Below are positions 34,025 through 44,438 of a stretch of DNA of 64,000 bases, in pieces. The notes below the pieces were generated by a model. It was not told where the DNA came from. It made no database searches and saw nothing but the letters and a program-made list of their open reading frames with translations. Origin of the DNA: a virus (taxonomy: Duplodnaviria; Caudoviricetes); IMG/VR virus record IMGVR_UViG_2541048004_000003, positions 14,130-78,129 of that record; one strand, given 5' to 3'. A program made the translations under genes and the position numbers. How positions within the stretch are numbered: position 1 is the first letter of the stretch; each line of letters begins with the position of its first letter.

Positions 34025-37000
34025 TGCTTAATGTTCGTATCATCGTACTTGAACTCTACATTATCATCCACGCCGTCTGCATACTCGGTTCCCACGTTCA
34101 GCGTGTCGGTATTGCTTGCCAATACCTGACCGTTCACCAGCCACTTAAACGCTCCGCCATTGTTCATCGCTACCGCCGTGATGTCTTTCAGGCCGTAGGT
34201 GATTCTGGCTTTGAGCTGAACATAGTCCTTGCCTCCTATCCTTACTCCGTTCACGACAGAGCGCACAGGGCGGGGCATGTCGAGTATCTGCCCTGATTCG
34301 TCCGCCTGTTCCCAGCTCGTATGGAACCTGCCACGAACGGTTATCTCGACATCTAATGAGGATTCGCCAGCTTCTCCCGTTTCGCCTTTCAAGTCTTCCA
34401 CATGCGGGATGTATGCGGTGGGGATTTCGGGCTCGCCCTCGAGGACTTGCTCTATCTTTATGTCCTCAATCTTAGCGTTTAGCCATCCCGAACTGGTCGC
34501 GTAATCTGTGCACCACGCATGAATAAAGTATACTTCGCTCATTAATTCAGCCTTAGTCACTTTAATCGGAAGAGTTACATAGATATCTTGAGGTTTCATC
34601 TCATACATCACTCGAACGGTTCGAAACGGTGTTGCTTTATCTTTTTTCCATAAAATAAAATTAGCGTATCTATGAAAGGTCACTCCATTCTGTTCAGCCT
34701 GTGTTATGCTTATCTTGAAGCTCATAATCAATCCGGCTAACTTGTCATCGAATTGCCCGAAGCGAAAAACCTCTATCTTACCTGTATCACCCGAATACTT
34801 GTTTGTTTTTCCCGGCAGTTCATTAATGTTCCATGTAAAGTTGGCAGGTAACATAGAGCGCCTAAGGATATTCGGTCTCACCGCTACTCCGTCCACCTTA
34901 ATGCCCGTATCCTTATAGCCCCTCTTTTCCCCTTGTACCTGTGCGGTCGGGTTCTCTGCGTCATACTCCCACCACGTTTTCGTACGTTGTGAGATGTAAG
35001 GCGAGTTTCCGTTATCACCTTTCGAGGAAAGTCCGCTGTCGACGAGCGTCTTTTGTTCATCGCTCCACAGCTTCCAGTTCTTCGTAACAGGATCGATCTC
35101 CGGCATCTTGATTGCTTTTATTGCGTTCAAACGGGATTCGATATCTTCGGGGGCTTCCGTCCAGTCCAGAGATGTTTTGTTGCCACGAACAAGCTTTATC
35201 CAAGAAATAGACGATTCGCCGGTGCCGGAATTCGGAGCCGCGTACACGCTAAGCTTAGTGTTATTCCCAACATCTGCACCAGATTTTGTCTTCCATTTGA
35301 AAGAAACACATGCGATTCCGCCGACAAGTTTATCTTTTATAACCTTGGCAAGCTCAAAGATCCCACCTGAATTATATAATAAGAAGCTCTGCTTTCCTTC
35401 GCTTAGATTCCCGGCTATGACGACAGTAGCCGTCTCGCCAGCTTCGAGATTCCTTCCCGCCTCTGATATATCATACTCTTTCAGCAAGTAATTCGAATTG
35501 CTGACAGGAACATTAGACTTTAACAGCAGATTGCGCTCGCCCAGCAGAATGTCATCCGCAGCGGCTTGCTTAATCTTCTTGTCAATCGCTTGTCTGCACT
35601 TATCTATGCAGTCCGTCAACGATTTGACGTCAGCCACATATATCTGATACTTCGCATTGTAATCCGCCCTTTCCTGCTCGGTTATCTTGTTGTCCGCGAT
35701 AGCGGTTGCTATTGACTCTTGCAGCTTGTCGATGCTGCCCGTACTTGCTGCGAGAAGCTTCTTCGACTTCGTAGTCAACTCCGACTTCAAGTCAGCTGGC
35801 AAGAACTCGTTGTCGAGGATGTAGTTGACGTTACTTTGCAATTGTGCCTGCTCGATGTCGAGCTTCTTAGACAATTCGCTCAAGTCCCGGCGCTCGGCTT
35901 CGGTGATGATGCTATCACGGAAAGCATCCGCTACTCCGTTCTCTACACCGTTCATCGCATCTGTCAAGTCCTTGATGCTGTTTTTCGCAGTATCGAACTG
36001 CTGTGAAAGCTTCTGAAACTCTTTCTTCAACGCCTCGAAGTCCGCAGCATTCACATACGGATTTATCCAGTCGACGTCTGCAAACGCCGTGTTGTCACGG
36101 ATAGCCCACAGCCGGGTATTCTCGTCTTTCAGCCAGATATCCCCTTTCTTGTAGCCGTTAATCGGCTTCTCTGTATGGATAGTCAGCTTCTCCCTGCCCA
36201 TCTTAGCAATGTCCGCAAGGGCTTTCGTCAGAGCTGTGTTCTGAATTGCCTCCCATTGATACGATGCAGGGTCGGAAGCCGATGCGCCGGGACGCAATAC
36301 GAAGAGATACGATACCGTTGTATCCAAGTCGGTATAGGTGTCTCCCACATGCGTACCGTATACGTCTGCAATCATATTAGGCTGTGTGATGGGCTGTCCC
36401 TCTGCGTCATACAGCCAAGTGTTCGTAGAGCTTCCCTGCATGGTAGGCGCGCCCTTGCCCTGATAGGCGTATACCGCCTTATCTACTTGCTTCTGCAAGC
36501 CCTGAATGAGCTTCAACAGAGCGTCCGTGCTCTCCGATGTGGCGAACTCCTGCTCAATCTTGGTTCCGTCGGGGTTCGTGATGATTATCTTTCCCGCTTC
36601 TACGGTAATCACCGGAGAGGGTGCGTAGTTACTCCAAAGGGCTACCGTGTTGAGTGTGTATTTAGGCTTAAAGACGGACATTTTCTTGGCTGCCGATGCC
36701 ACAGGGTCGAGGATGTTCGAACGCCCGTATATCGCTATCCAGCAGAACCGTTTCTCTTCCGTAGTGGATACGGGGTTTTCATCCCAGCCCGCCTGTCTTA
36801 AGCTGTTGTTCAGTTCGTCTATCGTTCCCCAGCCCGCTTGCTTTGTCGGGGCTTGCGGAGCTACACTGTTAGTTGTCAATATGAAGTACTTCACAGCATT
36901 AGCGTCGTCCTCCGGGACAATGCGTACACCTGAATCTACCCATACCTGTTGTGTGTTATCGAATACCGCCAAGTTGCCATTCGGAAGCAGGCGGGGTGGT

Positions 37001-37050
37001 TGACCGTCCATGCGGTCGGGAATCGTTGTGATTGTCGATTTTGTTGCCAT
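34012..37050 (-). CDS. Long tail fiber protein
   Basis: 1012 aa; coiled coil, ILLGERNLL and RPNILRRS carbohydrate-binding-like modules. Confidence 0.75.
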   Translation of the reverse strand: MATKSTITTIPDRMDGQPPRLLPNGNLAVFDNTQQVWVDSGVRIVPEDDANAVKYFILTTNSVAPQAPTKQAGWGTIDELNNSLRQAGWDENPVSTTEEKRFCWIAIYGRSNILDPVASAAKKMSVFKPKYTLNTVALWSNYAPSPVITVEAGKIIITNPDGTKIEQEFATSESTDALLKLIQGLQKQVDKAVYAYQGKGAPTMQGSSTNTWLYDAEGQPITQPNMIADVYGTHVGDTYTDLDTTVSYLFVLRPGASASDPASYQWEAIQNTALTKALADIAKMGREKLTIHTEKPINGYKKGDIWLKDENTRLWAIRDNTAFADVDWINPYVNAADFEALKKEFQKLSQQFDTAKNSIKDLTDAMNGVENGVADAFRDSIITEAERRDLSELSKKLDIEQAQLQSNVNYILDNEFLPADLKSELTTKSKKLLAASTGSIDKLQESIATAIADNKITEQERADYNAKYQIYVADVKSLTDCIDKCRQAIDKKIKQAAADDILLGERNLLLKSNVPVSNSNYLLKEYDISEAGRNLEAGETATVVIAGNLSEGKQSFLLYNSGGIFELAKVIKDKLVGGIACVSFKWKTKSGADVGNNTKLSVYAAPNSGTGESSISWIKLVRGNKTSLDWTEAPEDIESRLNAIKAIKMPEIDPVTKNWKLWSDEQKTLVDSGLSSKGDNGNSPYISQRTKTWWEYDAENPTAQVQGEKRGYKDTGIKVDGVAVRPNILRRSMLPANFTWNINELPGKTNKYSGDTGKIEVFRFGQFDDKLAGLIMSFKISITQAEQNGVTFHRYANFILWKKDKATPFRTVRVMYEMKPQDIYVTLPIKVTKAELMSEVYFIHAWCTDYATSSGWLNAKIEDIKIEQVLEGEPEIPTAYIPHVEDLKGETGEAGESSLDVEITVRGRFHTSWEQADESGQILDMPRPVRSVVNGVRIGGKDYVQLKARITYGLKDITAVAMNNGGAFKWLVNGQVLASNTDTLNVGTEYADGVDDNVEFKYDDTNIKQWIQ

Positions 37051-37051
37051 A

Positions 37052-39835
37052 CTATTTTAGTTTTTTATACTCGTTTTCTAATATTTCTTCATCGAACACC
37101 GATACAAGGTTACACGCCCACATCACATCACCGGGAGTAAGGCGGTATACGTCCTTTCCTTTGTTCGCCTCGTACCAGTCCTCATCCGATAGGTTGTTAT
37201 CATCATGTCCCAGCGGGTTAATGCGCTTGAACTCATAGAGCCTTAGCGCGCTTCTTTTCATTACATCCGTCACGTCCTGACCGTTACGGACGAATTTCGC
37301 CCGCAGGTCTACCGCTCCGTCTCCGAGTTCGGCGAGCTTTTGATTGCTATTAACGTCTACTGGTGCGCCCTCAATGACGTTCACAGCGTATATGTCCCAC
37401 ACAGGGGGGATGATTTTCTCCACCTCTTGCGGCAGGTCTGTAAGGTTGCTTGCGCCCGTAGAGCCGTCACCGATATTCACAATGCCACGTATCTTAACTC
37501 CACCTTCCGGTGTGTATTCCATGTACGTGCTCTTATCCCTCGCACCTGCGTAGAAATCACCGTATATCATCTGATACGGCTTGCCAGTCACCTTGTCGTA
37601 GCCAAGCTCTATGATCTCTTTGTGAAGCAGGGAATAGCTGTTGATGCCTGCGTAAAATGTGATGGACGGTGCTTTCTCGCTGACGGAAGAGAGCACAATA
37701 GCACCCTGACGGGCGATGTCCGTCTCGTGCCCCAGCCCTACGATGTCGTCCCCCGCTGCGGGTGCGTCGCTGTCTTGGTCGCAATCCGTCTTGCTAAGGT
37801 CTATGTAGTCCCTGCCCACCGCTACCACCTTGCGCCAGTAGTAGCGGTTTGTAGCCCCGATTGATGCCCCCTCGTTGATGTTGTCCTCCTTGCTTATTGC
37901 CAGCGTTCCGGGCGTGAACTCGTTGTGTATCTCTATCCCGTCCTGACGGGCAAGGAAGAAACAGCGGTAGTATTCATCATGCTCTTCCACGCGTATGCAC
38001 TTCATGCCTGCGGGTGATAGTATCTGCTCGCCCCCTACATGTGTCTTCTTTCTTATCTCCAGCGTTTCGAAGTACGCTTTTACCTTTACATAGAGCCTGT
38101 CCACTACCGCCTGTGTTGTGCCATCCGGTAAGACCTCTACTCCGCTGCCGTTCTCTCCGATGTGGATGCCTTTCAGAGCTTCGATGAAGTCTTTTGAGGT
38201 GATTTTGCCTTCCGAAGTCAAGCCTTTCAAGAAGGTGATCAAGCCGGCAGCCGTGTCGTCACTTAGTCGGGATAATGAGCGATGAGCCAACTCTTTGAGA
38301 ATTCTTAAAGCGGAAAAGACCCGATAGTCATTTGGTTCCCGTTCGTCCCAGCTTTTTAATATATCAATTGCTGTTTCCTTCTGCTGTCGCTCAAGCACAT
38401 ATTTCAGTTGCGACAGGCTCGAATCCACCTGCCTCTTCCAGCCCTTGCCTACGCTGTCGGCACACTCTATCGTGGCCATATTGAGGTTATCCAGCTTACG
38501 CACAACCTTAGTCATGCGGCTATGGCGATAACCGCTTGTAAAATACTCGTCACTCAGCAGGCGCACACTCTGACCGATGGCCAACGGTACACCATTCTCT
38601 TCTATATAGATGTAGTCCGTGTCGCCACCATACTTGCTTGCGTCCTCGCTGTGCTTTTCCAGGTAGTCGTTCACGGCCGCCAGATAGTCCTGCTCGGCCT
38701 GCCTCTCGTAGTCCTCGGGCATCTGGATATTCCAAGGGATATACTTGTCACCGACACGGGGTATTAAGTTACCGCCAGGGAGTTGTCGGGTTTCATCCGG
38801 AAAGATAGTGATGATTTCCCACTCTTTTGTCGCACTATTCCAATTGACTTCAAAGTAGTAAGTACCATTCTCGTCCGACCCGTGGCCGTTCAGGTCGCCC
38901 GACTGGAAAGACACCCTTTTCTTCAGGGCAGGGAGCTCATAGATGTTCGGGTCGAAAGCCATTCCGGAATCCTTGAAGTAGTAAATGGTGAACGGCTTGC
39001 CGTTATTGTCTTTTCTCTGGACGGAGCGTACGGCGGTCACGGTTCCGGTATAATGCGGAAAGATATCCGCGAATGCTGCCTCTTCGACATGCTCGTACAG
39101 TCCGTATTGCGTATTGCGGTCAATGTATTTTTCCCTCCCTGGTAACTGAAGCCGGGAGAAGCCATAGCGGGTACGGTCAATGTTCCGGGTGCTACCGAGC
39201 GGTATCAAGCGTGTAAAAAACTTCACGTTGTCGCTGTTCTCAGTTTGCGTCAACGAGGTAAGCCCCTTTAGGTAGCCGAGCGGTATCCGCTGTCCATGTT
39301 CGCAGCGACTCAGATTGATGACGTAACCGTCCACCCACCATTCCGTATCAAAGGCATCCGCCATTTTGCCAAGAGCTTCCCAACAGGATGTGTTATTGTA
39401 ATCGATGGTCTTGCGGGAAGTAATAATTACGTCTCCGACAGACCACTGCGGCCCCCCGGAGATGCGGTTCATATTGTCTGTCCATTTCTGCAAGTGCTCT
39501 CTCGGTGTGCCGTCCAAGCTGAATTGCAGGTTATATTCGCCGTCGGTCAGATACAGGTACTTCACTTGCTCGGCATCGTGGATAGGTGCATACAACTTTA
39601 CCGAATAGCTATAAGTCTGCCGGTTCTTCTGCTTGGGCTTATATTCCTTTTTGACAGAAAACTTAACACCTTCCAGCATTGCATAGTCATTCACCGCTAA
39701 CGGCACGTAGGCGGTATGGGTGAAGGATACGGATAAGGCATTCTCGGCCATCAGTTCCTGATTCCAAGTAGAAGAAGAGGATGTAGAGGCAATCAGCTTC
39801 AACTCCCCGGATTGGTTGTATATTTTAAGCTCCAT
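37052..39835 (-). CDS. Tail hub/spike (Tal-like) protein
   Basis: FFTRLIPLGSTRNI..YG..RLQLP, IIFEE-like hub motif YEHVEEAAFADIFP; follows Dit. Confidence 0.75.
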   Translation of the reverse strand: MELKIYNQSGELKLIASTSSSSTWNQELMAENALSVSFTHTAYVPLAVNDYAMLEGVKFSVKKEYKPKQKNRQTYSYSVKLYAPIHDAEQVKYLYLTDGEYNLQFSLDGTPREHLQKWTDNMNRISGGPQWSVGDVIITSRKTIDYNNTSCWEALGKMADAFDTEWWVDGYVINLSRCEHGQRIPLGYLKGLTSLTQTENSDNVKFFTRLIPLGSTRNIDRTRYGFSRLQLPGREKYIDRNTQYGLYEHVEEAAFADIFPHYTGTVTAVRSVQRKDNNGKPFTIYYFKDSGMAFDPNIYELPALKKRVSFQSGDLNGHGSDENGTYYFEVNWNSATKEWEIITIFPDETRQLPGGNLIPRVGDKYIPWNIQMPEDYERQAEQDYLAAVNDYLEKHSEDASKYGGDTDYIYIEENGVPLAIGQSVRLLSDEYFTSGYRHSRMTKVVRKLDNLNMATIECADSVGKGWKRQVDSSLSQLKYVLERQQKETAIDILKSWDEREPNDYRVFSALRILKELAHRSLSRLSDDTAAGLITFLKGLTSEGKITSKDFIEALKGIHIGENGSGVEVLPDGTTQAVVDRLYVKVKAYFETLEIRKKTHVGGEQILSPAGMKCIRVEEHDEYYRCFFLARQDGIEIHNEFTPGTLAISKEDNINEGASIGATNRYYWRKVVAVGRDYIDLSKTDCDQDSDAPAAGDDIVGLGHETDIARQGAIVLSSVSEKAPSITFYAGINSYSLLHKEIIELGYDKVTGKPYQMIYGDFYAGARDKSTYMEYTPEGGVKIRGIVNIGDGSTGASNLTDLPQEVEKIIPPVWDIYAVNVIEGAPVDVNSNQKLAELGDGAVDLRAKFVRNGQDVTDVMKRSALRLYEFKRINPLGHDDNNLSDEDWYEANKGKDVYRLTPGDVMWACNLVSVFDEEILENEYKKLK

Positions 39836-39856
39836 AAAAAACTATTTAAAGGCTAT

Positions 39857-40300
39857 TTAAAGTTGCGGATTCGGCTCCCGGAACTTGAGTTTCATGCGGC
39901 ATACGACCTCTCCGTCCTCCGTACCGGTCAACGGCTCGTATGCCGTACACTCTTGATAGTAGACTCTATAAGTACGCCCGGTCAGAGAGGTTTCCAGCGT
40001 CAGCCAACCGCTGCTCAGCAATTGCATCACGGCCGTGAAGTTTGCCGAAAACCGTTCGGGGGTGTCGGCCACGATTGCCGCATACAGTTGGAAGTCACGG
40101 GGCTCCCGTTTAGGTCCCGGGAGTGTATCGGGAAGTTTTTCCCCGTTTTCCTCCCGGAAGGATACGGCTGTGTAAGGTTTCATCTTGGACGGCTTCAACA
40201 ATTCCGAGAGATTAAAGTAATCTCCCTGATTCTTCTCCGTCAGATACATGCCATACTCCGTATACATGTCTTTCCCGTTTATCTTCCATTCTCCTTCCAT
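39857..40300 (-). CDS. Distal tail protein (Dit-like)
   Basis: INGKDMYTEYGMYL...LKFREPNP; follows TMP. Confidence 0.7.
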   Translation of the reverse strand: MEGEWKINGKDMYTEYGMYLTEKNQGDYFNLSELLKPSKMKPYTAVSFREENGEKLPDTLPGPKREPRDFQLYAAIVADTPERFSANFTAVMQLLSSGWLTLETSLTGRTYRVYYQECTAYEPLTGTEDGEVVCRMKLKFREPNPQL

Positions 40301-40302
40301 AC

Positions 40303-43300
40303 CTATGCCATTTTTATACCGTTTCTTTCGATCTTATCAAAATACTCTACGACATCCTCCAGCAACTTGCAGTACGCCGTGTTGGCGGCAATCGTACCGA
40401 GTACTTCCAATGCTCGCCCCATAGCGGCGTCAAAGTCATTCATCTTCCTATCAATGGATGAGAGATGATCCTGAGCGGAGGTAAACAAGCCCTCCAATTT
40501 CGTACCCTGCTCCTGTGATATGGCCGTGTATGTTCCCGCACGCGCCTGCTGCTGAGTTGCATCGCTCGGACGATTGAATCCGTTCCGCTCCGCATTCCTC
40601 CAGAACTCTTCTTGAAACTTATTGGCGGCATCTATTTGGCTGCCCAAGCCGCGGAAAAAACCGCCTATCAGGTCGGTAGTCCGTCGGGCTATCTCTTTTT
40701 CCGACAAGCCTTCCGTCGTGTATATCTTCTTGATGTTCTCCTGCAGTCGGTCAAATTTATCCTTCAGGAACAAGGAATACACCATCTGCTTGGCTAAGTC
40801 GGCCAGAACATCCGTCACCCCTTTTTTGAATTCCTGTGCAGCATCCAGCCCATTGTTGAATGCGTTGACGATGCTATTCGTCAGACTATCACCCAAGGGC
40901 CCGAATGTTTGCCGCAGAGATTCTTCCAATTCCTTATAAGCCTTATCCGTTTGTTCTTGAAGGTCTATCAGTGTTTCCAGCAACTTCTTGCTCTCGTCCT
41001 TTAACTGGCGGGTGGACAGTATGGCTTTTGCCATGTTAACGTTCAGCTTGCCATCCTTGCCTATCAATTCCTTGTATTCCGGCATGTCCAGCACAGAGGT
41101 GTAGATATCCCTTCCTCTTCCCCACCCCAAGAGCCCGGTCTTCTTATGTCCGGTCTTCACCTCAATCTTGGAGAGTGCACCTATTCCATCCTTGTAAGCT
41201 TTCAGTTCCTTTGCATAGGAGAAGGGGGCAACGACCAACCTATTTATGGACACGGCCGGAGCGTCTCCCTTCAGCTCACGCTTCAGCTCCACAACGGATT
41301 TCTTATAGGTATCTATCGCATTCAGCGCGCGTCCTATATTGTCGGTTCCAAAGATGTTCGTACCCGACTTATAAGCCAACTGTTCCTCAAGCAGCAACAT
41401 CCGGTATTCGTGCAGGTAGGCTTTCTGTTCCTCCACAATTTTCTTTAAGGCTTCCTTGTGTCGTTTGTTTGCCTGCAGGCCTCCGGCGATAAAGTTCACC
41501 AGTTCCCCTGCAGCTGCCAGCGCACCGCCTACAATACCTCCCTGAGCAAAGCCCGATGCGATATTACCGGCAGCCTCAAGCGCCTTGTCCATGTCTTCGT
41601 CTAATCCGCCGAAAACACTCTTCAGCATACCGATACCTTCCGCCCCCAATCGGCCGCCTTTCTGTATGGATTCAAACAACGATACTGTCTTCTCTTTAGC
41701 CTTATCGCTATCCTTATATATCTTTTGGAAGTGCCCCTGTACAGCCTTGAAAGTCTTCTCATTAAACAGCCCTGCGAGTGAACGACGGGCGTTCTGTTTC
41801 TCAAGCCCTTTCGTCATATTCTCTAACTGCGCGGCTTCTTGTTTATTGCGCTCACCTCCCAATGTTTTCAAGATTTTGATACGTTCCCGGGCATAGCGGA
41901 TAATGATATTGTTGCGCTGTACCTCTGCCAGTTCGTCCAGCGCAAGGCCCTGCATAACGATGGCCTGCCGTTGCAGCTCTACCTGCTCGGCATTGTCCAG
42001 TATCTCTAATTTGGCGATATTCTTCTCCGTGTCTTTCTCTTTTTCACGGGAAGTGTTCAGCGCGTCAATCAATGCTTGGTTGCCTTCAGCCTTCTTTATC
42101 TGCTCATCGTAATGACGGTCGATGTCTGCCAATCGATTCTCTAAGGCGGAGCGGAAGACGGCGTTGGCTTCGTCCCACAGTTCCTTTTCCTGTCGGGTGT
42201 ATTTTTTCTCTATCTCTGAAAATTCCTTGATATAAATATTAGTAGCTCCTTCGCGTTGCGCTTTAGCCTGTTCGGTAACGGTATCTGCTTGTTCTTTAGT
42301 GACAGGGATACCGTTCTTTTTCGCTTTCACCAAAGCGGCTATGCGTTCCCGCTCCTCCGCATCAATACGGGTTAGTTCGTCGTCTAAACGCTTGCGCGCC
42401 TCGGCTTTCTCTTTCTGCGCACCGTCGCGCATCAGTTCGATACGCATGGCCTCTATCTTCCGGCGGGCTTTCACCTCGGCATCGGAGATGGCATCGATTG
42501 TCTGGTCTGCCGTATCTTTCTTTTTCTTCCTTTCGGTTCTTTCCTCGTAATCTGCCACAATAGCATCCTGCATCGTTTTATTATAATTATCCCATGCAGA
42601 TAGTGAGTTTTCTCTTGCCTTCTCCAGCTGCTCTTTTGTCGCCTTACCCTGCGAATGTTGTTCTAATACTTTATCGTAATTGGCATCGGCTAAGGCCAAT
42701 GCTGTTTTCGCAACTTCCTTACGCAGCTCTATTAGCTCTTTTTTCGACTTACCGGCAGCTTCAGCAATGCGTGTGTCAAAATCCACATCATTGGATATCT
42801 GCTGCATAGCTGATTGTGTATGTTCTATCTCCACAGTCAGAGAGTGTTGGGCCTTCTTTGTTCGCTCGGAATATCTATCCCAAAGTATAATCAAGCCACC
42901 GATAACGGCCGATAAGCCCAATGTAAGTGTAGCCATCAGAGCTTTGGCCGCCACATTGGATATACCAAGGGATACGGCAAGGCGGGTGTTCGCCGCGGTC
43001 AGCAGATTCTTTCCTTTGGCCAGCAGCGTGTGCGTAAAAAAACTATCCTTATTTAACGTATTAGCCACTTGTTGTATGCCTATAGTGATAGCCATCACTG
43101 CTTGCAGTTTCGTCTGTATCTGACTCAGCTTTTCTTGTTCAGCCCCAAACAGGGAAGCCACGCCCACTCCTGCTGTCATGGCACCGGTCAAACCGGAAAT
43201 GGCGTCCATCGTTCCCTTGATGTTCTTGTTATCATCCGAGTGGATACGAGCCTGTGTGTTGATATCGCCGTAGCGGTCTTGCAGCTCGCCCAATTTCTGC

Positions 43301-43707
43301 ATGGCGGCTGCATATTCCTTCGTACCCTCCGTCATGCCTGCCATCAACTGCTTCTGCTTGGCTATCTGCGTGCGTAGCGTCTCCTCCTTGTTCGCCGTGG
43401 CCGCAAACTGCTTCTCCAATTCAGCTAATGCCCCTTTTTCTTCCAGCAGCACTTTCTTGGCAGCCCCAAGTTCGGCAGTCAGTTCCGTCTTCTTCGCGCC
43501 GGGCATCGCTTTTTTCAACTGCGTCTCCAACGATTTGATGTCGGATTCCACCTGCTTTACTGCGGCGGATTGCTCCTTCATCCGAGCCTTGAAATCGGCC
43601 GTCGCCTGCTCTACGGTGGAAGCGGTTTGTTTTGCCCCTCTTTGGACGGACTGCCATGCCTCACGTGTCTTGTCACGCATCAATATGTCGAACTCTACAG
43701 ACTTCAT
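40303..43707 (-). CDS. Tape measure protein
   Basis: 1134 aa helical with central hydrophobic Ala/Gly segments. Confidence 0.9.
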   Translation of the reverse strand: MKSVEFDILMRDKTREAWQSVQRGAKQTASTVEQATADFKARMKEQSAAVKQVESDIKSLETQLKKAMPGAKKTELTAELGAAKKVLLEEKGALAELEKQFAATANKEETLRTQIAKQKQLMAGMTEGTKEYAAAMQKLGELQDRYGDINTQARIHSDDNKNIKGTMDAISGLTGAMTAGVGVASLFGAEQEKLSQIQTKLQAVMAITIGIQQVANTLNKDSFFTHTLLAKGKNLLTAANTRLAVSLGISNVAAKALMATLTLGLSAVIGGLIILWDRYSERTKKAQHSLTVEIEHTQSAMQQISNDVDFDTRIAEAAGKSKKELIELRKEVAKTALALADANYDKVLEQHSQGKATKEQLEKARENSLSAWDNYNKTMQDAIVADYEERTERKKKKDTADQTIDAISDAEVKARRKIEAMRIELMRDGAQKEKAEARKRLDDELTRIDAEERERIAALVKAKKNGIPVTKEQADTVTEQAKAQREGATNIYIKEFSEIEKKYTRQEKELWDEANAVFRSALENRLADIDRHYDEQIKKAEGNQALIDALNTSREKEKDTEKNIAKLEILDNAEQVELQRQAIVMQGLALDELAEVQRNNIIIRYARERIKILKTLGGERNKQEAAQLENMTKGLEKQNARRSLAGLFNEKTFKAVQGHFQKIYKDSDKAKEKTVSLFESIQKGGRLGAEGIGMLKSVFGGLDEDMDKALEAAGNIASGFAQGGIVGGALAAAGELVNFIAGGLQANKRHKEALKKIVEEQKAYLHEYRMLLLEEQLAYKSGTNIFGTDNIGRALNAIDTYKKSVVELKRELKGDAPAVSINRLVVAPFSYAKELKAYKDGIGALSKIEVKTGHKKTGLLGWGRGRDIYTSVLDMPEYKELIGKDGKLNVNMAKAILSTRQLKDESKKLLETLIDLQEQTDKAYKELEESLRQTFGPLGDSLTNSIVNAFNNGLDAAQEFKKGVTDVLADLAKQMVYSLFLKDKFDRLQENIKKIYTTEGLSEKEIARRTTDLIGGFFRGLGSQIDAANKFQEEFWRNAERNGFNRPSDATQQQARAGTYTAISQEQGTKLEGLFTSAQDHLSSIDRKMNDFDAAMGRALEVLGTIAANTAYCKLLEDVVEYFDKIERNGIKMA

Positions 43708-43710
43708 CGG

Positions 43711-43953
43711 TTATTCATTGTTTCTTTTCATTTGTGCCCGAAACTGTGCGGCGGTATCGCTCGCACACCTGGCGTCTCGGCCGGGTACTCCGACCCTCTT
43801 TTTATTTCTGCCGCTCTTCACCCACCGTGGAGCGTCTGACAGCATCAGCAGCAAAGTGGGATAAGGCAGTTTCCATAAGATGTAATGCACGCTCCATCCT
43901 GTGGCGGCGGCAATCTGCCAGATAAATCCAAACGGGCTATGGCTGCCCTCCAT
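43711..43953 (-). CDS. Tail chaperone extension (gpT-like)
   Basis: -1 frame relative to 43962..44435; SPFG.IWQIAAATGWS. Confidence 0.65.
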   Translation of the reverse strand: MEGSHSPFGFIWQIAAATGWSVHYILWKLPYPTLLLMLSDAPRWVKSGRNKKRVGVPGRDARCASDTAAQFRAQMKRNNE

Positions 43954-43961
43954 GTGACCGC

Positions 43962-44435
43962 TTAACTCCCGTTTGCCTCGTGGCTCAGCCTCGGCTTCAT
44001 CAGATTCACCGTCTCCACCGAACTGATAGTAATTTGAAAAGGGCGTGTGTCGATGCTCTCAATCAGCAGCAGCATCACGTCACCCAGCACAGAAGGATGC
44101 ACCCGCCACAACAACCACCACGCCACCAATCCGCTGAAGAGGCGGTGAGAGACGAAGCCCCGGCAAAGGGCACAGGCCACGATGCGGGCCATGTCGTGCC
44201 CGTGTGCGGCTATCAGCTTCGCCCAATCGTCCGTGTCGTACTCCTTCATTTCGGCGACCGTCACCCCTATGCGGTTGTAATAGCGTGTCATGGCTATCAG
44301 CGTGCCCGCATAGGGGCGGCGCAGCGTCACCTTGCCCGGTTTCTTTTTCCGCCCCAGCCACCGGAGTGGGCGTACCGGAATCCGTACGCCCAAATCCAGC
44401 AGCAACTCGCAGGAACGCAGTTCTTCTCCACTCAT
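43962..44435 (-). CDS. Tail assembly chaperone (gpG-like)
   Basis: Position between tube and TMP. Confidence 0.7.
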   Translation of the reverse strand: MSGEELRSCELLLDLGVRIPVRPLRWLGRKKKPGKVTLRRPYAGTLIAMTRYYNRIGVTVAEMKEYDTDDWAKLIAAHGHDMARIVACALCRGFVSHRLFSGLVAWWLLWRVHPSVLGDVMLLLIESIDTRPFQITISSVETVNLMKPRLSHEANGS

Positions 44436-44438
44436 ATC

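Noticed and set aside
32966-39835. Gin-type invertible tail-fiber segment or tail DGR in prophage B
   Set aside because: No flanking inverted repeats, no duplicated fiber C-termini and no RT or VR/TR pair were seen; the serine recombinase is 20 kb away.
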